This document shows, piece after piece, positions 24,901 to 37,824 of a stretch of DNA of 64,000 bases (the stretch's first letter is position 1; the number at the start of each line of letters is the position of its first letter). Made by a program: the position numbers and the translations under genes. A model generated the notes under the pieces. The model was not told the origin of the DNA. It searched no databases and worked only from the letters and a program-made list of their open reading frames with translations. This DNA comes from Saprolegnia diclina VS20 (taxonomy: Eukaryota), in the NCBI RefSeq assembly GCF_000281045.1, contig NW_008246100.1:46711-110710 (forward strand). Direction: 5' to 3'.

Positions 24901-27900
24901 CAACGCTCCAGCCGGCCGTGTGGGCCATCCACGCAGCTTATGTGGAGCTCCGGCCGTCCGAGAGTGGGTCCCGCAACCCCGTGAGTCAGTTTAAATCGTT
25001 TGTACTCGGCCTTTCGTCGTACCATGTCGAACGCACCAAAGTCATCCAGGATACGCGCGTCTCGTATAGTCATGGTTGGCTCGATACTTTGAGAGATTGA
25101 TATAAAAGAGGCGTTTTGGATAGGGCTCAAGATGATGCAGCAGCACACGAGTACGATCAAGGCCATGGGGTCCAGTGAACGCATCCTGGCAAAGAAACTA
25201 CGGGCCCTCGAAACCAAGTCGGAGCAGCTCCAAGCACGGTAGTTTGTACTATGCTATTTGTTGTTTTAGCAACAGGACTAGGTACGACAAACTCGTGACG
25301 GCCGAGAACCAAGCCCGGGCTGTCCTGGACGCCAAGAACGAGGCGTACACGCGCATGAAGCAGCAGCTCGATCACGAACGGCTCTTGATCCAAGCCGAGC
25401 TGGATCAGACGGTGCCCGAGCTGCAGACCGCGATCCAGTCGCTCAGTCGCATCAATAAGCTCCACATCACCGAAATGAAGTCGTTCACGTCCCCGCCCGA
25501 CCTCGTGCGCCTCGTCATGCAAGCCGTACGTGCCAAGTCTGGTTCATTCTCATTTGAAGGTTTAGGTGTGTGTTTTGCTGGGTCTCGGGGCCGCGCCGAC
25601 GTGGGAAGACGCGCTCTTCGTCTTGTGCGACATGAAATTCCTGGACCGACTTCGGTCGTTCGATAAGGACAACATTCCGGACGCGTATCTCCATTTTTAC
25701 CGATTCAACCATTTCCAATGTGGGAATTAGGGTTATAAAGAAGCTCGAGCGCGTGATTCAACACCCCAAATTCACCGAAGACGAGATGAAGCGCGCGTCA
25801 ATTGCGTCGACGTCGCTCTGCCGGTGGGTGCTCGCCCTCGCGCGCTACCACCGCGTCATGACGATCGTCCGGCCCAAGCAAAACACACTGGACGCTGCCG
25901 AGCATAACTTGGTGCTTGATACATTGATAGATCGATAGATTGATATTCGACGACGCGAATAGGACCGCGTCCAGCGCGAAGTCGACGTTGTCCGCGCGAC
26001 ATGGACGACGCACGTGACGGCCGCCAACCAAGTGCAGCTCGCGTGGCACGAGAACGAGGCGCTGCGCGGCCTCCTTCAGCACGAATACGACGAAGTTGTC
26101 GCGCGGTTGGAGTCGCTCGAGCGGGTCAACAGTGCGTTCGAGAGCCTCAAGACCATTTTGCGCAAAGAGAACCACCGAATTCAGGCGCTCGACCGCGCCT
26201 CCCTCGGGTTTTCCTAATGCATATCCATGTACCGCAACCATATATATATATGTGTGTAGGGACTCGGTGCTGTTGACGGCCATCTCGAGCTACATTGGTG
26301 ACGTGCCCCCGAGCGACCGGACGGAGCTTGTGACGCGATGGCAGCAAGTACTTGTGGACGCCGGCGTCATCTTTAGTGTCAACTTGCTGGCGGCTATGAT
26401 GGGCGAAGGCGGCCTTCAGGAACTCCGCGCGACGTGCGCCATTGCCGACGCCGGCATCGCCATGAACCTCTTTTACCTCCAGCGATGGAAAGAGGCGCCC
26501 AAGTTGCAGCATTTTTTGCTCATCGATCCGCACGTATGCGTCGTGTGTTGAACTATTCACTAGGGTTATTTGGTACTATTAGGGCATTGCTGCCAACTGG
26601 ATCAAGACGGTTGAGCGGCTTTCGGTCGAAGCCGTCTCGGCCGACGACCCCATGCTGCTCGCTCGGTTTGAAATGTCGCCGCCCAACCCCAACTACATTG
26701 TACAATTGTCGATTCTCGTACACGGTTCATGACGCGGCGCTGTATAGCTGGTCGTCGACCGCGTGGCGCAGTGCAATGAAGGCAGTCTCTGGGCGTTTCT
26801 TCAACTCCTTCACCTCAAGAAGCTTCGCCATCCCGTGTACTTTGTCGCCGACTGCAACTGCAGCGCTCGCTGGAGTACCGAGGTAAATCATGCAATCGGC
26901 GCTCCTCTCTATATACTCTGCTGTCGTGGTTGTAGCTGCAAGAAGCGTTTACGACCATTAGCTTTGAGCTGCGGTCGACCGATTTGGAAGCCCACATTGT
27001 CGCAGGGTTTTACGCCAAGTTCTTTCCCAGTGACGACGTACGCTGCCAATACATACGCGGTCGGTACGATGAGAGGCGTAGAACCAGCTGCGATTGCTTC
27101 AAGAAGCTTTGCACGACGACTTGCGACACCGGTCTGTGGCTCTTGACGGGCTCTTGCGGCAGCTCAGCAGCCCCGCCTTGCTGGTCAGCAACGACGAAAT
27201 CGCAATGTTATCGGGGCAAATGGACGCGCTCACAATGCTGAGTCGGTCGATCGACACCAAGGAAGAATCGATCGCGGCTCTGGAAGCGGCGCGCAACCGC
27301 TTCTGCCCGTACTCCACGCGCTTCACCTGTTGCGGAACATATACATTGCGTAGGCTTGGGCGGCGGGGGCGTGCGCTCTTGGATGCCACCACCACGTTTG
27401 GCGGCAGCGTGCAAGCGTTCTGCGTGCTTGAGGACAGCATCAAGCAGCTCGCCGAGGTCGATGGAGAGAGCGCCGTCGACGACGTGGCGCACGAGGTGAC
27501 GATCGCGTACCTTCAAACGATCCTGCACGGACTACCCGAGCACCAGCACGTGGCGTTCACATTCTTCGTGGCGCTCTCGATCGCTGCGGCCGAGCCGGGC
27601 GGCGACGACCTCGTGCCTCTTTGCTGGCGCGAGCTCCAGCGCAAGACGCGCCTCGGCGTCCCCGGCATCCACTTGGCGATCGACGTGTTTTGCGCGTCGC
27701 CGACCATGACGCATCAAGTGGCGACCGACGTTGTGCAGATGGCCGTGCGCCACTGCTTGGCGAAGCAGCTCGCCGCGCTCGTCCGCCGCCCCAAGCCAGC
27801 GGTATGTATTTGCGTAGCTGGCAGGCCATTCAAAGGACCTTGGTAGCTGACGATGGCCAATGTCTTGTCGGGCAATGCGCGCTACGTCTTTCGCAAGGAC

Positions 27901-30345
27901 GGCAGTCGACATCCGCATGAGATTACGCGCCTCCTGCGCAACGTGCAATCTCTCTTGGCGCTGCCGCTGTTTGCGCCGCTTCTCGACGACATCGATGCGC
28001 ACCCGGCGGCGTATGCTTCGTACATGCAGGCGACGCCCCACTTTTTTCAAGACATGCCGTGGACGCGCTTCATGCAGCAGCTGCCCGCGGTTGCCAAGCT
28101 CCTCTTTATTGTCCTATCGCACGATTTGATTGTACGATTTTGATCATTTGCAGTTTGAACATGGGATTCGTAGGTGCCCAACATGATGCAACAAGTCGTG
28201 AATGGCTACGTGCCAGAAATCAACTACGAGCTCCTCACGGTGCCCGCGATGGTCCAGATTACCGACGGCCACCGACCGATTTTGCTGCAGTTTGATGCTG
28301 ACAGCGTTGTTCACCCGCTCTGGGTGCTCATCGAGGTACCGACGTTTCGGGAGACTTCGAAGGCTCATTGCATCTAGACGGCGCTGAGCCTCGGCATCCG
28401 AGATGCGGACATTTGGTATTTCTCACTGGCCGTGCCCGACGTCGTACCTGCTTGTCTCCGCGCGCTCAAGGACGCCTGTGTGCACGGCGGCTGGCTCATC
28501 CTTCAGGTCGATCGATCGTCGTTTCTGGTACATGGTCGCATAGCACGATGGAGTAGGACGTCGATCGGCTCTCGGCGAGCGACCTCATGGACCTTAACCG
28601 GCAGTTTGCACTCCTCTCGAACGGCGACCTCTCGATCCACAGCGACTTTCGCCTCTGGCTGCTCGACGAAGCGCCGTCGTCGCTCCTCGCGCGACTTCCC
28701 AGCGCCAAGCTGCACACGTTCTTCTTCAACGTGGTGTTTACGCTCCAGAACCCGCTCGAGGCGAGCGTGCAACCCGTGCGGCATGCGCTGCACCTCTTCC
28801 ACGGGATCGCACTCTCGGGCACGCGCGGTGTCCACGTCGCGTCGCCCTTCTACGCCCCCGTGACGCTCTACGAGCTCGAGAGGGCCGAGTTGCTCTTGGA
28901 ATGTGTCGGCGACAAGCCCGGGCTCTCGAGCGACGAGCTCGCGTTGCTGCTTGCGCCACTCTACCACGGCAAGAGCGTCGATCCGAGTGTTCATAAACAG
29001 TGGACGGCTCTCGCCCGGTACATTTTTGAATTTGGCACGTCGAGCGAGGCGCGGCCGGGCGACAAAAGCTTGTGGCTCAGTCGGCTCAAGGGCGGTTTGC
29101 GCCACCACGCCACCACGCGCGCCACCAAGGGTACCACCTGATGCAACGGTGTCCAGCGCCAAATGGTGCACGTAGAGGGCATGCGTCGGTCCTGCGATGT
29201 GCTGTTACCGGTCGACACCAAGATCTCGGCGGCGATCATGGGGCTTCCGCAGTCATTGGATGCATATTTCGAGACGCAGACGATGCTCGCTGTCGCCTCG
29301 ACGCTGACGCAGTCCCAAGTACGTTGGTGCGATAGGCATCGCTAACACGCTTTAGGCGCCGCCTGGCGACTGCAAGGCGCTCTTTGCAGCGACGTCCGTG
29401 GACGACCTCGCCGAAGCGTTGTTGGTACGTCCTCGCACGCCTACGGTTGCCATCAATCTGGGTTGTTTGTAGCTGCAACTACCGCGCGACGCTGTCTTTA
29501 CGCACTGCGACGCCCGCAGTACGTTTGGCGAGCGCAAGTGGCCTTCGCACTTGCACAAGGCTATATACAGTGAGCTCTTGGCAATCGAAAGCTACTTTGG
29601 TCTGCTCCAGCGAGAGCTGCGCACGCTCTCGCCCGAAACGGCGCACGCGATCGCTCACCAGCGCGTCCCGTCGTCCTGGCTGCGCGCAGGGTACGCTTGC
29701 CCGACGACGCTCGTGCGCTTTGTGGCCTGGGCGCAGTCGGCCGCGTCCTTCTACCTCGAGTTTCTGCATACGCAGTGTGTGCCCACGTTGCAACTGCAGT
29801 TTCTGTCGCGTCCACGCGGTGCGTTGTTTTATGGATCGGCAAATGCCTTAGCTTGATGTATAGCGGTGCTCTTCACCCTCCTGGCCACCTGCCCCAAGCG
29901 CATCGGCATCTCGGAGCTGTGTTTTGCGGTCGTGCCTCCGTCCACAGCGCATGCCACGAGCCTTCGCAGCCTCTTTGTGCGGGTACCATCGACGACTTGC
30001 AGCGTACACCTGCACCGTGTGCTGTAGAACGCGCGGTGGGATGCCGTCAAGCAAATGCTGAGTGAGCTGGCCAACGACGACGGGCTCATCCAAGGCGGCC
30101 TCTCGCTGCAGTACTTGCTTCTCATCTGTGTGGCGTCGACCTCAGTGGCGTGACGTAGAATCGCCGCCTGCCAAACGTCCGATCTCCGAGGGTACTTTGC
30201 CTGCCCCGTGTACCCTTATTACGCAACCAGCGGCGCTGGCCCGCCGCCGTCGACGAGTCTCTTCCATCTCTACTTGCCGACGACCGAAGAAGCAACGCTG
30301 TTGGAAGCTAGAGGCGTCGCCATCGTCCTCAACGAAGCCGAGTAA
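15987..30345 (+). CDS. Divergent dynein heavy chain-like protein (DNHD1-like), many introns; start uncertain (15987 preferred, 15719 possible)
   Basis: Dynein landmarks in order: linker KRRAFPRLNFVSD, YG|FEYLG...LTPLTER, AAA2 GAVGTGKST and WVDGI/WLIFDG, AAA3 GASGVGKS, AAA4 GPRGVGKR, stalk/MTBD ITEMKSFTSPP...FDKDNIP...SLCRWVLA, FLLIDP, GGWLILQDVD, VPSSW, and C-terminal LPT...RGVAIVL. Confidence 0.9.
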
Positions 30346-30384
30346 ACCGTAATTTCACCGTTCACACGGCGCGTTACTACAGTA

Positions 30385-33300
30385 TTATGTGTCGATGCTA
30401 TGGAAGCAAAAGTGGGCGCCAAGGCAAACGGGACACGTGCGGTCCGGGAGGCACCAGTCGTGAAAAGCATGGCCGCACGAAAGCAAGATGGCCTCCATGG
30501 TCTTGCCATCTACGCACCATCGTCGTCAATTTATCTCGGCTCCAACAAGGATCGTACCGTCTTGGACGTAGATGAGCGGGAGGTCGCAGGCGGCGCACTG
30601 CGAGTCGTGCAGTTGAATGTCACCGCCCCAGTCGCTGTTGCGCGACTCGTAGCTTCGGTGCAGCGCCTTGGTCTCGGGGCCGCAACTCGTGGCGCTATAC
30701 GGCGTGTAGTCGGGCATGTTGGTGTCCCACGTGTCGTAGAAGCCGCTCTCGATTCGGAAGAGCGCTTCGACTTGGGGCGGGAAGGCGAGGTGGTGCCGCC
30801 GACTGCACGACCACACGTACGTGTCGATGCCTTCCAGCATGCGCCCGACTTCTTGCAGCTGCCTACACCGAAACCCATCACGTGTGAGGGAGCGACAATG
30901 GTTGGGGGACGGGCGCACCGCTGGTGAAGGCTCTGCGCGGCGACGACGGCTTGGTAGAGCTCGAGCGGTGCTATCGCAATCAGTGTCGGGTACCCCGCGA
31001 GAAGCTCCATTCCGAGCGTGACGCCGCACGCGTCCAGCATCGCATGCAGCAGCTGAACAAAAGCAACGTCTTTGGTCGTGAGCTGACAAAACGTCTCCAT
31101 CTCTTCGAGGACGCAGTGCAGGAGCGGCGTCGGGTCCGGCAGCTTGGCAATGCGTTCAAAGAGCCCTCCGAGCATGGCCAGTCGCGACGGTGTTTCCGAC
31201 TGCAGCACCGTGTACACGAGCGTCCGTAGCTCGGACGTCCTAAGCGTACAGTTGTAGAAGACGTACCGATGGATGCAGAAGGAATTACCCGGCGAGACGG
31301 GTCGACGGCTGCGCTATCGCGTTGAGCACGAGCTGAAAGACGCCGTCCCACATGTCGTGCTGCATGCAGAGGTCCCACGCGGTCGCCCGATCAAAGGCAA
31401 ACACTTCGGGCTTCCCGAGGATCGTCAATAGCAAGGCGTCGTCACGCTCAACGTGCGCTCGCTTGAAGAAGAGACGCAGCCAGTGCTCCACCAACGTCGC
31501 CCGGCAGCCGACTCGGTCGTGTGCACTGGACAAGAGCGCGCCAAGGTACGCGAAATACGTGTCGGCGCCGGGGGCGGACGTGTCCAGCTCGACCCATTGG
31601 GAGCCAAAGAGCGCCGTCTGGACGTTCCAGGGCGTCACACACGGGTAGCGCTCGACGCACCACGCGATCGCAGTGCTTGGCACCTTCTTCAACAGCACGT
31701 TGAGCACATGGAGGCAGACGCAGAGCGACGTATACTGCGAGAGGTCGAGTTCGTGCTTCTCGGTGACAGCCATGAGGAGGTCGTCGCATGCCTGCGCCAA
31801 GTTCTCGCTGGCAATCGCCAGATTCAGCACCGTCTCGAGACCCGATGCGTGTTCGAGCGCCGAACACACTTGCGCGGCCATCTCCAAGTTGACGTAGTTG
31901 CCGTACTTGGCGAGAAAGGGCTGCAGTTTCGGTGACGGCGACGACGTCAGCGGCACCGAGACGAGCACGGCGATGCCAAACTCGTCCATGCGCGTGCGGT
32001 TGTCGAGCATACAGGGCGTCGTCGCGGGCTCGATCGAGAGAGGCACGTCGGCGTGCAAGAGAAAGTAGAGCGACACGAGGGACCGCACGAGGCGCCAGTC
32101 ATGGCGCGTGAGCGGCAGCTTCTCTTCGATCGGCGCCGGTGCTGCCATTTTCGAGCGCTTGATGAGCTCGATGGCCTTGCGCTTCTCAATGACGGCCACA
32201 TCGAGCGACGGATCAAACGTGCTCAGCCACTGGCGCAGGAGCAGCGTCGCACGCGTCAAGTCGCCTTGGTGCACGAGGTGGTTGACAAGGCACGCCGCCG
32301 ACCGCGTGAGGTGCACGGTCGGCCACAGCATGAGCTTTTGGTGCTGGTCGGCGTCGGCGACCAGCGCGGTGAATTCGGTCTCAACCTCCGGCAACGGACG
32401 GGCGAGGATCGGCGCAATTTCGGGCGACTGCTGCATCGTGCCACCGAGATGCCACTTCCAGTCGACGTGCGCGGCCGGGTACACGCCCATTTGACGCTTG
32501 ACCGTGCGCTGGATGAGCGACCGCTTGGTCTCTGAGAGCGACCGCGCGCGCGCCATGAACTTCTGGGGAGTCTCGATCAGCGGCAGCGTCGCTGTATCGT
32601 CGCTGTTACCGGACGTTGGCGGCTCGGGCAGCGGCGTCGCCTCGAGCTCCTTGAGCCATGGCAGCGTCGCTTGCACCTGCAGCTGACTCGACCACAAATC
32701 GATCGAGATAGCCTCAAGGACAACTTCAGCGTCCGACGCCAGATCAATGCACGCACTGGGCTCTGTGAGCTGAACCGCTTCGGGTACAATGAGCGCTGCG
32801 TCTTCATCCGACGTCGTCTCGACTGCCATGACGATGCGCAGGGCGAGCGACGGGTCGGCGACCAGCGAGACCGGGTTGGGCGCCAACACATCGAGGGGCG
32901 GGAAGCTCTCTTCATCCACAAAGTCGGACGTCGAGTCTCGTCTCAGAAACGACATGTCGGGTAGTAGCGACACGAGCGAGGATGTTGCGTTCGTCAAGTG
33001 CGACTCGAAATCCAAGACGTCGAGCGTCTCCCCAAAGAGCGTCGGTGGCTTGTAGTTGATGGCCTCGCTCGGCGCCGGAAGGTGCGCGGCGCGCCACGCT
33101 TCGTCGACGACCTTGTCCTGGGCGCTCAGATCTGGAATCTCGACGACGCGGCTGCGACTGGCACCCGTCTCGGCCACGACCACCGCCGGCGCGACGTTCA
33201 GTTGGCCATACGACGTGGCCGACGCCGACGGCAACGCAAACCGAAGCTCTGTCTCGATGGACGCACCGGCTTTCGGAGACGAGATCGCTGGCATCTCCCG

Positions 33301-35067
33301 GCGCTGCTTGAAGACGATGTGGGGCGGCTGAATGTCGGCTTCGGGCGCTCTAATATGCATACCTGCATACGATATTATCCACAGGAAGAGGTCAATGTAC
33401 TTGGTCTGTTCTTCAAGCAGCGTGGCTGCAACCTCGATAAGCCCGTCGAGGGCTTGTAGCGTCGAGTCCGACACGAGTGACGCGTCGTCCGGATGCTGCT
33501 TGATGTGCTCGGTCCACTTGCACTGCAAATTCAACAGCAGCGCGAGGTCTTGAATGCTGTACTTGACGACCAGCTAGGGGTAAAATACCGTAAATATTCG
33601 ATGATCTTGACCAAGCGCAACGAACATCAATTGACTTGGCCACGTCGTTGGACACGGCAAGCTCGAGGAATTCGACTGCAGCGCACGCGCGGACGATCGC
33701 GACGCGGCCCGGATCGCCGTGCAGCACTGCAAACACAGAGGCATCCAGCACCTAGGCGAATATGGCGCACCGAGTTGAAAAGTTGAACTATACCTTGAGG
33801 TCGTGGATCTCGCCGAGGTCGACGTGCCACTCGACAAGCTCAAGGCCGACGGGGTCGACGAAGAAGAGCGCCGAAGTGCCGGGAAACCAGCTGAGGAGCT
33901 GCGGCGCCTCGGGCGTAAAGTCCATCGACTCGTGGATGTACTTGAAGACGTGCACTTTGGAGAGGTTGAGCGACTTGACCGAAATCGCTACAAGAAATGA
34001 TAGGCAAACGACTAGAGACAATATAGGCGTACGCTCGTGCGGCGGTAAATTGGGGCCCTGGAAAAAGGTCTCGGGCGGCTTGGTCAGTGAAAATTTGAGC
34101 GTCGACGAGACGGTGCCGGTGGACGGGTCGCCGACCCAGACACGGCGCCCCGGCCGCGTCGAGAAGACGCGATAGTCCTTCTCGTCGTTGTCCAAGTAGA
34201 AACACGCGCCGTAGTTGCCTTGGCGCAGCTTGGACCCGACCTAACGTTTCAAAATCTTGATACAAACTTGATACAAAGCGCCGGAAATACCTGCACCACG
34301 CCATTTGCATCTGTCGCCGCGAGGTTGAGAATGAGCACGCGCGTTTGCGACGACACGAGAAGGTAGTCGCGGGCCGGCGACGCCGTCTTGACAAGGTCCA
34401 GCTGCACGATCGCCGTGTCTTCCTTGAGGAGAAACTCAGTCGTCGTATTCCCAAAAAGCACCGACCTAGGGCGATGAATCCAAGTCGATCGAGATGTCCA
34501 GCGTCGGTACGTACATGCCGGCGCGGATCGACGTCTGCGCGACCGTACCGCCGGCGCAGGCCGAGAAGACGCGGGAGCCGTCGGCGTCCCAGAGGAAGGC
34601 ATTGACGCTAAAGCCGACATGGAGCGCATGCGAGAACTCGATCTTCTCGCCAATGCGCGCGGGGTCCACAAGCGAGATGGCGTAGACGGCGCCTTTGGCT
34701 GTGCCGACGACGAGGTACCGCTGCGACGGGCAAAAGCTGAGGTTCGCCACCGGGTGGCGCTCGCTCGCCGACGAGGGCGGAGCAATCATCTTGAGGAGCC
34801 GAAACTGTACGTTGCTCGTTGCTTGCTTCTTCTGGCTGCGTGCAAAGACGTAGACGCTGCCGTTGCTCGCGCCGCACGCGAGGAAGCGGGCGCACACGTC
34901 GACGCACGTGTACTTGACGCCCTGGCCATCCATACCATGAGCCACTGTGTGGGGGCGCGTCGTACCGTTGTCGTCACGCCGCCGAGCACGATCTCTTCGT
35001 AGAGCAAGATCGGCTTCATGCGCGGCCGTGGTGGCGCCACAGCTTCGTCGTTCCCGTCGTCCGCCAT
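30385..35067 (-). CDS. HPS5/TECPR2-like beta-propeller + alpha-solenoid protein with C-terminal RING-H2
   Basis: VKYTCVDVCARFLACGASNGSVYVF, IVQLD, LLVSS, VGSKLRQGNYGACF, FSTRPGRRVW match the HPS5/TECPR2 N-terminal propeller; spliced C-terminus CAAC...CGHAFHDWCLPDRTCPVC; stop at 30385-30387. Confidence 0.75.
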
Positions 35068-35375
35068 CGTCACCGGCAATAATCCTGCCAGAGCTGATGT
35101 TTGTCGCCCACAGGATATGCGATGCCATTGGCCAAAATAATTGATTTCGCCGCTCATGATTGGTCCATGGATTCCAATCACGGAAGACGGGCCAGCGCTT
35201 CAACTTCATTCGCTTCTGGCCCAAGGCCAGCACTCCAACATGCGTCACGACAGTCCTGCTACCTGCCCGCATAGGCGCCCGTGCGACCATTGCTGCCATC
35301 TGCACCACTCGGCCGTCACAAGACAGTACTAGTAGACTCGTTCATCTCATTGTCGGTACGTGTAGTCGTAAGCGC

Positions 35376-36146
35376 CTACTGCGCGGACGGCGTCGGAAAA
35401 TGAATGTCCTTGTTCATGTTCTCGAACGGGATCTCGAATGCTGCGCGGAACGCGAGGCGACCGGTCTCGGCCATGCCATGGCCGATCTCGGTCTCGCCAG
35501 CACCGAGTCGTGCGAGGACGCTGTCGGCAAAGACATCGACGCTGATACCGTTGGTGTGCAGACCCGGTGCCTCGAGCTCTGTGTTGACCTCGGGCGGAAC
35601 GATCTCAATGACGCGCACCGACGTGTCGGCGAGCTGGTGGCGCAGCGACCACGTGAACGAGTGCAGCGCCGCTTTTGTGCTGCAGTAGATGGGCAGCGCG
35701 ACGATCGGCGCAAACGCAATGCCGCTCGTGACCGTGATGAGCGCACTGAACGGCTTGGCGACGAGATGCGGGATCAAAAGCATCGAGAGATGGATGACGC
35801 CGGCATAGTTGATGTTGATCTCGCTCGCGAGCGCGTCCCAGCTGGGCGCCACGCCGGCCTTGAGGTTCAAGGTGTGCTGGACACCTGCGTTATGCACAAA
35901 CACGTTGATCGCCGGGTACGACGCAATCAGCGTCGCAAACAGCGCCTCACGCTGGGCTGCTGACTCGACGTCGCCGACGACCGTGTGCAAGCCGGGATGC
36001 GCGGCCTTCGCTTCGGCGAGCTTGGCGGCGCGCCGACCGACGATGATGACCGTGTTGCCAAGGCCAAGGAGACGCGAGGCGAGCGCAAGGCCGATGCCGC
36101 TGCCACCGCCCGTCACGACGATCGTATGTCCCGTCATCGACTCCAT
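35376..36146 (-). CDS. Short-chain dehydrogenase/reductase, DltE-like
   Basis: TGGGSGIG cofactor motif, HNAGVQ, catalytic YCSTKAALHSFT.SLR.QL, VIEIVPP; intronless, 256 aa. Confidence 0.92.
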   Translation of the reverse strand: MESMTGHTIVVTGGGSGIGLALASRLLGLGNTVIIVGRRAAKLAEAKAAHPGLHTVVGDVESAAQREALFATLIASYPAINVFVHNAGVQHTLNLKAGVAPSWDALASEININYAGVIHLSMLLIPHLVAKPFSALITVTSGIAFAPIVALPIYCSTKAALHSFTWSLRHQLADTSVRVIEIVPPEVNTELEAPGLHTNGISVDVFADSVLARLGAGETEIGHGMAETGRLAFRAAFEIPFENMNKDIHFPTPSAQ

Positions 36147-36167
36147 GCTGCTGCGGACCTCGTTGAG

Positions 36168-36184
36168 CAAACTGCAAACTGACC
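36168..36184 (-). promoter_or_regulatory. Oomycete Inr/FPR-like core promoter element upstream of the SDR
   Basis: Minus strand reads GGTCAGTTTGCAGTTTG about 20 nt before the ATG, resembling the oomycete TCAYTY...WTTY initiator/flanking region. Confidence 0.45.
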
Positions 36185-37376
36185 ACTTAGACTTTGCACC
36201 GGTGGCGAGGAATCCTATCCGGATACTGGCCGAAACCGCTGACGTGGCAGCCGCTCCTGGCGTTCACCCATGTACGGGATGGGGCCAGCTGTCGAGCGAT
36301 TGGTGTTAGTGGACCATAATCGTTTGCAGAGGATTGTTAATCTACTGACATCAAGGTTACACCAAGGGGCACTTGTAGCCACAGTGCGACCCAACTCGAC
36401 GGATACCCGCTCCTCGCCCTCTACAGCATGACGGAAGCTGCCAACTAGCGTATTTGTACGATAAGCTTGTGCAAAATGACCGTCACAATCGAATTTTGTG
36501 TTATCATCCGTCGATAAGCTCAACCTTTCCCCTTCCCCAATGACCAAAGACTCGTCGTTTTACCCATTTCGTATGGGACCAACGACTTGAACTTTGGCTT
36601 TGCAAGTACAAGTGGGGCACAGCTAGCGAGCTCTACACTTGTGCTGGCTCGGTGACATCGATGGGTTCGACGGCAGAGCGGATCGTCGCCCTGTGCATTG
36701 ACGCCGCCGCAGAGCGGCGAGTCGTAGCAAGCGCCGCTTTCTCAACCTTCAAAGCGCCGATGATGGCATTTTGAAGCGCAAGGTCTTTCTGCGCCTGCCC
36801 GAGCGTTTGCTCGAGTCGAAGCGTCGCACCGCAATACAATATGAGCTGGCTTGCAGTCCACTCATATGCGCGTGCTGAAAGAATCGCTGGAGCTCGTCGA
36901 GGAGCGCAGCCGTGTCGACCCTGGGACGAGCAGCCGTTAAAGCAGTGTCGACAGCGGAACACGAAGCCTTCAAGGCGGCGCGGCATTGAGCACACATGCT
37001 CAGTCCTTCTTTTTGGGCGTAGACACGGTGCTTCAGAGCCGCTTGCAGCCGTCGCAGGTCACCTTTGCTGCTGCTGCAGCTCGTGCGAGTGCTGAGCGGC
37101 AACTTGACTTTAACCGGATACGTTTTTTATTGGCTTGTGCTTTTGCATTTCAGCCAATCAGGCGTCGTTCGGATATCTCGTGTAGGTTTTGGCGCGAAAT
37201 GTTGAAGTTGAGAAAAGCGAGGATTTCCCTTTGGCCTCATGCATCGTCGCTCATGAGCTTGCTGCGAAATTCGATTATTGATTCGTCACTGATATGTTAG
37301 TTAAAACCTGTAATTGGCAAAACACAAACGGGAAATCGACACAAATAATGTCAAATTTAGCGCATTCGACCTTTTC

Positions 37377-37824
37377 CTACGTCGATGGCGCCGAAAAATG
37401 AAGGTTCTTGTTCATGTTTCCGAATGCGATCTCAAACGCCGACCGGAACGCCACGCGACTGCTCTCGGCCATGCCGTATCCGATCTCCGTCTCGCCCGCG
37501 CTGAGGCGCTCGAGGATGCTGTCAGCAAAGACGTCGACGTTGACGCCAAACGTGTGGAGGCCCGGCGCCTGCAGGTCAGTGTCGACAGCAGGCGGCAGGA
37601 TCTCAATGACGCGCACGGACGTGTCGGCGAGCTGGTGGCGCAGCGACCACGTGAAAGAGTGCAGCGCCGCTTTCGTGCTCGAGTAAATCGGCACCGACGC
37701 GAGCGGCGCAAACGACAGCCCACTCGTGACCGTCCATAGCGCGCTGAATGGTTTCGACGCCAGATGCGGAATCAAAAGCATCGAGAGATGGATGACGCCG
37801 GCATAGTTGATGTTGATCTCGCTC
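37377..37824 (-). CDS. Second tandem DltE-like SDR paralogue, 5' part lost in gap
   Basis: SEININYAGVIHLSMLLIPHL...YSSTKAALHSFTWSLRHQL...; colinear with 35376-35828 but with many substitutions. Confidence 0.9.

Noticed and set aside
15987..30345. Dynein as a frameshifted pseudogene
   Set aside because: The frame changes I checked are resolved by short canonical GT-AG introns; not every junction was verified.
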